From assembly GCA_964497775.1 (NCBI GenBank), contig CAZCEW010000002.1, positions 13,153 to 77,152 of the forward strand: a stretch of DNA of 64,000 nt, written 5' to 3'. Below are positions 60,841-64,000 of the stretch, piece after piece; position 1 is the stretch's first letter; each line of letters opens with the position of its first letter. Both the position numbers and the translations under genes were made by a program. The stretch is from an uncultured Rhodobacterales bacterium (GTDB lineage: Bacteria; Pseudomonadota; Alphaproteobacteria; Rhodobacterales; Rhodobacteraceae). Under the pieces are notes generated by a model. It made no database searches. It was not told the origin of the DNA and worked only from the letters and a program-made list of their open reading frames with translations.

Positions 60841-61855
60841 CGCCACACAAGAGCGCAGCATCATGCCCGTAAGGTTTTCCAAAGTTTGGCTGGTCATCTT
60901 GGCTATCCCGGCTTTTCTTGCGGTGTTCGATCCCGCGCAAGTGTGGCCCACGATTACATTCGCGGCCTCGGCCTTTGGCCACACAGCGATCTTCATCACC
61001 TTTGCGGTTCTGGCGATTGGTTATTTGAAAGCCAGCGGTGCAGAGGCAGTTTTGGCGGAAGCCTTCAAAGGCCGCGAGACGCGGATGATCATGTTGGCGG
61101 CCGTGTTGGGCGGTGTTTCGCCATTTTGTTCCTGCGAGGTCATCCCCTTCATCGCGGCATTGCTGGCAGCAGGCGCGCCTTTGGCGGCGGTGATGGCCTT
61201 CTGGCTGGCGTCGCCTTTGATGGACCCGGCGATGTTTTTGATCACCTCGGGCACATTGGGATTTGACTTCGCGATTGCCAAAACGATCTCTGCCATTGCG
61301 CTTGGCCTCTTCGGTGGGTTTGCCGTCAAAGCCATGGCCGGAGCCGCGCTGTTTTCCGATCCGTTGCGAACCGTCAAACAAGGCGGGTGCTGTGGGTCTG
61401 CGTCGCCTTTTGAAGGCAAGCCGAACTGGACCTTCTGGTCAGAGCGCGCGCGGGTTGATGTATTTTTCCAAGCGGCCCTAGAGAACGCTCTGTTCTTGGG
61501 CAAATGGCTGCTTTTGGCCTATATGATTGAGAGCCTGATGCTGGCCTATGTCCCGGCCGAATGGATCAGCGGTTTCCTAGGAGGCTCGGGGATTTGGCCG
61601 ATCTTGCTGGGTGCTTCTGTCGGTGCGCCGGCTTACTTGAATGGCTATGCTGCCGTGCCATTGGTTGATGCGATGCTGGCGCAAGGCATGTCCAATGGGG
61701 CTGCGATGTCGTTCATGATCGCGGGAGGGGTCAGCAGTATTCCCGCTGCGATTGCGGTTTGGGCCTTGGTCAAGCCGCGCGTTTTCGTAGCTTATCTGGG
61801 ATTTGCTTTCGTCGGATCGGTCACTGCCGGGGTGATTTGGAACCTGATCGCCTGA
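60833..61855 (+). CDS. ArsP-like (DUF318) permease
   Basis: SPFCSCEVIP, FWLASPLMDP, central GCCG loop, many TMs. Confidence 0.88.
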   Translation: MSDATQERSIMPVRFSKVWLVILAIPAFLAVFDPAQVWPTITFAASAFGHTAIFITFAVLAIGYLKASGAEAVLAEAFKGRETRMIMLAAVLGGVSPFCSCEVIPFIAALLAAGAPLAAVMAFWLASPLMDPAMFLITSGTLGFDFAIAKTISAIALGLFGGFAVKAMAGAALFSDPLRTVKQGGCCGSASPFEGKPNWTFWSERARVDVFFQAALENALFLGKWLLLAYMIESLMLAYVPAEWISGFLGGSGIWPILLGASVGAPAYLNGYAAVPLVDAMLAQGMSNGAAMSFMIAGGVSSIPAAIAVWALVKPRVFVAYLGFAFVGSVTAGVIWNLIA

Positions 61856-61990
61856 GCATTTGGCAGGCCGCTTTGAAATTGCAAACACAGCCTCGTTGCT
61901 TGGTTGTAATTGCTCAGACCATCCAGCATAAATGACCCAGTCCTTTGAGCGCGCCAGATCACGAGCGCGTCTTCGCAAACGGGGGGAAAC

Positions 61991-62470
61991 TTGCGGATCA
62001 TCGTTTCAGCCGTTGTTCTATCGGCCCTTTGGCTTTTGATGTCAGGGGTCTACAAGCCGTTGGTCATCGGGCTTGGAGCGGTGTCGGTGGTCGTCGCGAT
62101 TTTCGTGGCGCATCGGATGAATAAGGTCGACGGCCAGCCCATCCAGTTCCATCTCAAACCGATAGCTTTCTTGGGCTATTTCCTATGGCTTCTGGTCGAG
62201 ATCGCCAAGGCAAACTGGGCTGTGACCAAAGTGATCTTGTCGCCAAAGATGCGCATGCGGCAGCATTTGTTTTTGGTGCCTTATCATCAGAAATCCGATC
62301 TGGGTCAGGTGATCTTTGCCAACTCGATCACGCTGACGCCGGGCACGATTTCGGTCGAGGTGACGGATGGGAATTTCTACGTCCATGCGATTGATTATTC
62401 GCCCGATGATGACGCGGCGATTGCGGATATGGGCGCACGTATTTGCGCCACTGAAAGCTCGGCTGCGTGA
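61991..62470 (+). CDS. mnhE: Na+/H+ antiporter subunit E
   Basis: ANSITLTPGT, VHA. Confidence 0.92.
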   Translation: MRIIVSAVVLSALWLLMSGVYKPLVIGLGAVSVVVAIFVAHRMNKVDGQPIQFHLKPIAFLGYFLWLLVEIAKANWAVTKVILSPKMRMRQHLFLVPYHQKSDLGQVIFANSITLTPGTISVEVTDGNFYVHAIDYSPDDDAAIADMGARICATESSAA

Positions 62471-62760
62471 TGTTTGAGTTGGCGATCATAGCGCTGTTCA
62501 TTGCGATGATTTTGGTGCTGATCCGGCTCTATGCGGGGCCCACGCTTTATGATCGGGTCTTGGCTGTGAACTCCTTCGGGACGCATACGGTTTTGTTCAT
62601 TGGCGTGTTGGGCTTTTTGAATGAACGCCCGGATTTCCTCGACATCGCGCTTCTTTATGCGCTGATCAATTTTGTCGGCACCATCGCGATATTGAAATTC
62701 TTCCGCTACCGCGCGATCGGCGATATCTCCCATCGCACCCGGCAGGAGGCGGATACATGA
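62467..62760 (+). CDS. mnhF: Na+/H+ antiporter subunit F
   Basis: GPTLYDRVLA, DIALLYALINF. Confidence 0.92.
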   Translation: MMFELAIIALFIAMILVLIRLYAGPTLYDRVLAVNSFGTHTVLFIGVLGFLNERPDFLDIALLYALINFVGTIAILKFFRYRAIGDISHRTRQEADT

Positions 62761-63101
62761 TTGTTGAAGTGCTGAGCTGGATTTTCATTGTGGCAGGATC
62801 GTTCTTTGCGATTGTCGGCGCGTTTGGGTCGTTGCGCTTTCCAGATTTCTGGTCGCGACTGCATTCCGTTTCGATCACAGATTCGGCAGGCGTCATCTTG
62901 CTGTTGATCGGCATGTGCCTGCAGGCGGGGCTGACACTGATCACCGTGAAGCTGATCATCATCGGTGTGTTTCTGTTTATTACCGGCCCGACCGCGACCC
63001 ATGCGGTGGCTAATGCCGCGTTTGTCTCTGGGCTCAGACCGGAAGAGGCCGAGGGGCTCAAAGCGCCGGATGAGACCAAGATTTCGGAAGGTGCATCATA
63101 G
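62757..63101 (+). CDS. mnhG: Na+/H+ antiporter subunit G
   Basis: RFPDFWSRLH, P.ATHAVA. Confidence 0.92.
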   Translation: MIVEVLSWIFIVAGSFFAIVGAFGSLRFPDFWSRLHSVSITDSAGVILLLIGMCLQAGLTLITVKLIIIGVFLFITGPTATHAVANAAFVSGLRPEEAEGLKAPDETKISEGAS

Positions 63102-63661
63102 AAACCTTCGTCAATATCGTCCTGTTCACAATGCTAGTCGCTACTGGCATCGCAACGGTGCGCATGACGAGCTTGTTTGCCGTCGTCATGCTGTCGGGCG
63201 TGTTCAGCTTGCTGTCGGCGCTTTTGTTGGTGACGCTGGACGCGGTCGATGTGGCCTTTACCGAGGCGGCTGTGGGGGCGGGCATCTCGACTGTGCTTCT
63301 GCTCGGTACAATCGCGCTGACATCGCGGCGTGAAATTCAGACCACACGCTCGCCGGGCATTCCGCTTTTCGTCGTCGTCGTCACGGGGGCTGCACTGATC
63401 TATGGCACGCTCGATATGCCGAGCTTCGGGGATCCAAACGCGCCCGCGCAGACCCATGTTGCGCCGGAATATCTGGAGCGTTCGCAACATGAGATCGGTG
63501 TGCCCAATGTTGTCACTGCGATCCTTGCCAGCTATCGCGGTTTTGACACGCTGGGCGAGACGGCGGTGGTGTTTACCGCAGGCATTGCGGTGTTGTTCTT
63601 GATCTCAGGCCTGAGACGGCGGCGCGAGGATGAAGAAGATGATGAGGGGACGCGGCTATGA
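63098..63661 (+). CDS. DUF4040/MnhB-related antiporter subunit (start ATA 63098 or ATG 63131)
   Basis: AVDVAFTEAAVGAG, PNVVTAILASYRGFDTLGE. Confidence 0.88.
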   Translation: METFVNIVLFTMLVATGIATVRMTSLFAVVMLSGVFSLLSALLLVTLDAVDVAFTEAAVGAGISTVLLLGTIALTSRREIQTTRSPGIPLFVVVVTGAALIYGTLDMPSFGDPNAPAQTHVAPEYLERSQHEIGVPNVVTAILASYRGFDTLGETAVVFTAGIAVLFLISGLRRRREDEEDDEGTRL

Positions 63662-64000
63662 TGCAGCATCACCTGATCTTGCGGGTCATCACCAAATTGC
63701 TTTGCCCCTGCATCGTGCTCTATGCGTTTTACGTGCAGTTTCACGGTGACTATTCACCGGGCGGCGGGTTTCAAGCGGGTGTCATTCTGGCCGCGGCCTT
63801 CATCGTCTATGGCATCGTGTTCAGCGTCGACCAGGCCAAGCAGGTTTTCCCGCCTTGGATCGTCCACAAGCTGATGGCGTTGGGCGTTTTGATCTATGCG
63901 GGCACCGGCATCGTGTCGATGTTTCTGGGGTATGAGTTTCTCGACTACGGCGCATTCACGCCGCATCACCCAGAGCATGGCCAACACTGGGGCATCCTCG
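63658..64000 (+). CDS. mnhB: Na+/H+ antiporter subunit B (truncated by window end)
   Basis: FHGDYSPGGGFQAG motif; start overlaps the upstream stop. Confidence 0.9.
   Translation, partial: MMQHHLILRVITKLLCPCIVLYAFYVQFHGDYSPGGGFQAGVILAAAFIVYGIVFSVDQAKQVFPPWIVHKLMALGVLIYAGTGIVSMFLGYEFLDYGAFTPHHPEHGQHWGIL

Overview
A roughly 58% GC (estimated by eye) alphaproteobacterial chromosome segment whose gene content and synteny point to Rhodobacteraceae (Roseobacter group). It is mostly core genome: the 3' end of smc, a MltB-type lytic transglycosylase, two cobalamin clusters (DUF1636-cobC-cobD and DUF6732-cbiX-cobH-cobL-cobI-cbiG/cobJ-cobM), a desaturase/TIM-barrel pair, a D-glutamate catabolic cluster (dgcN-dgcA-dat), pyk, rpmI-rplT, pheS-pheT, mscL, ald with an Lrp regulator, fdhD-mobA-mobB-moeA, greA, argH, gltX, nadE, a MORN-repeat protein, an FeS cryptochrome/photolyase, leuA, mreBCD-mrdA-rodA, arsR with an ArsP-like permease, and the start of an mnh/mrp antiporter operon. 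I saw no tRNA, rRNA, CRISPR array, transposase or prophage. The most interesting signals are in intergenic DNA and are absent from the ORF track: (1) a compact module at 1605-1887 encoding a 28-aa hydrophobic peptide, with a hairpin-occluded strong SD, a terminator and a downstream copy of its own initiation region, which resembles a type I toxin-antitoxin locus; (2) a structured 5' leader in front of the cbiX-cob operon that does not match the canonical B12 riboswitch; (3) six copies of a short interspersed palindromic repeat; (4) an unannotated lipoprotein after argH and a Leu leader peptide before leuA. Among proteins, a TipN/GPR-like polar landmark candidate and a DUF429-like domain fused to MoeA stand out. 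All family calls come from motif recognition, not database searches.
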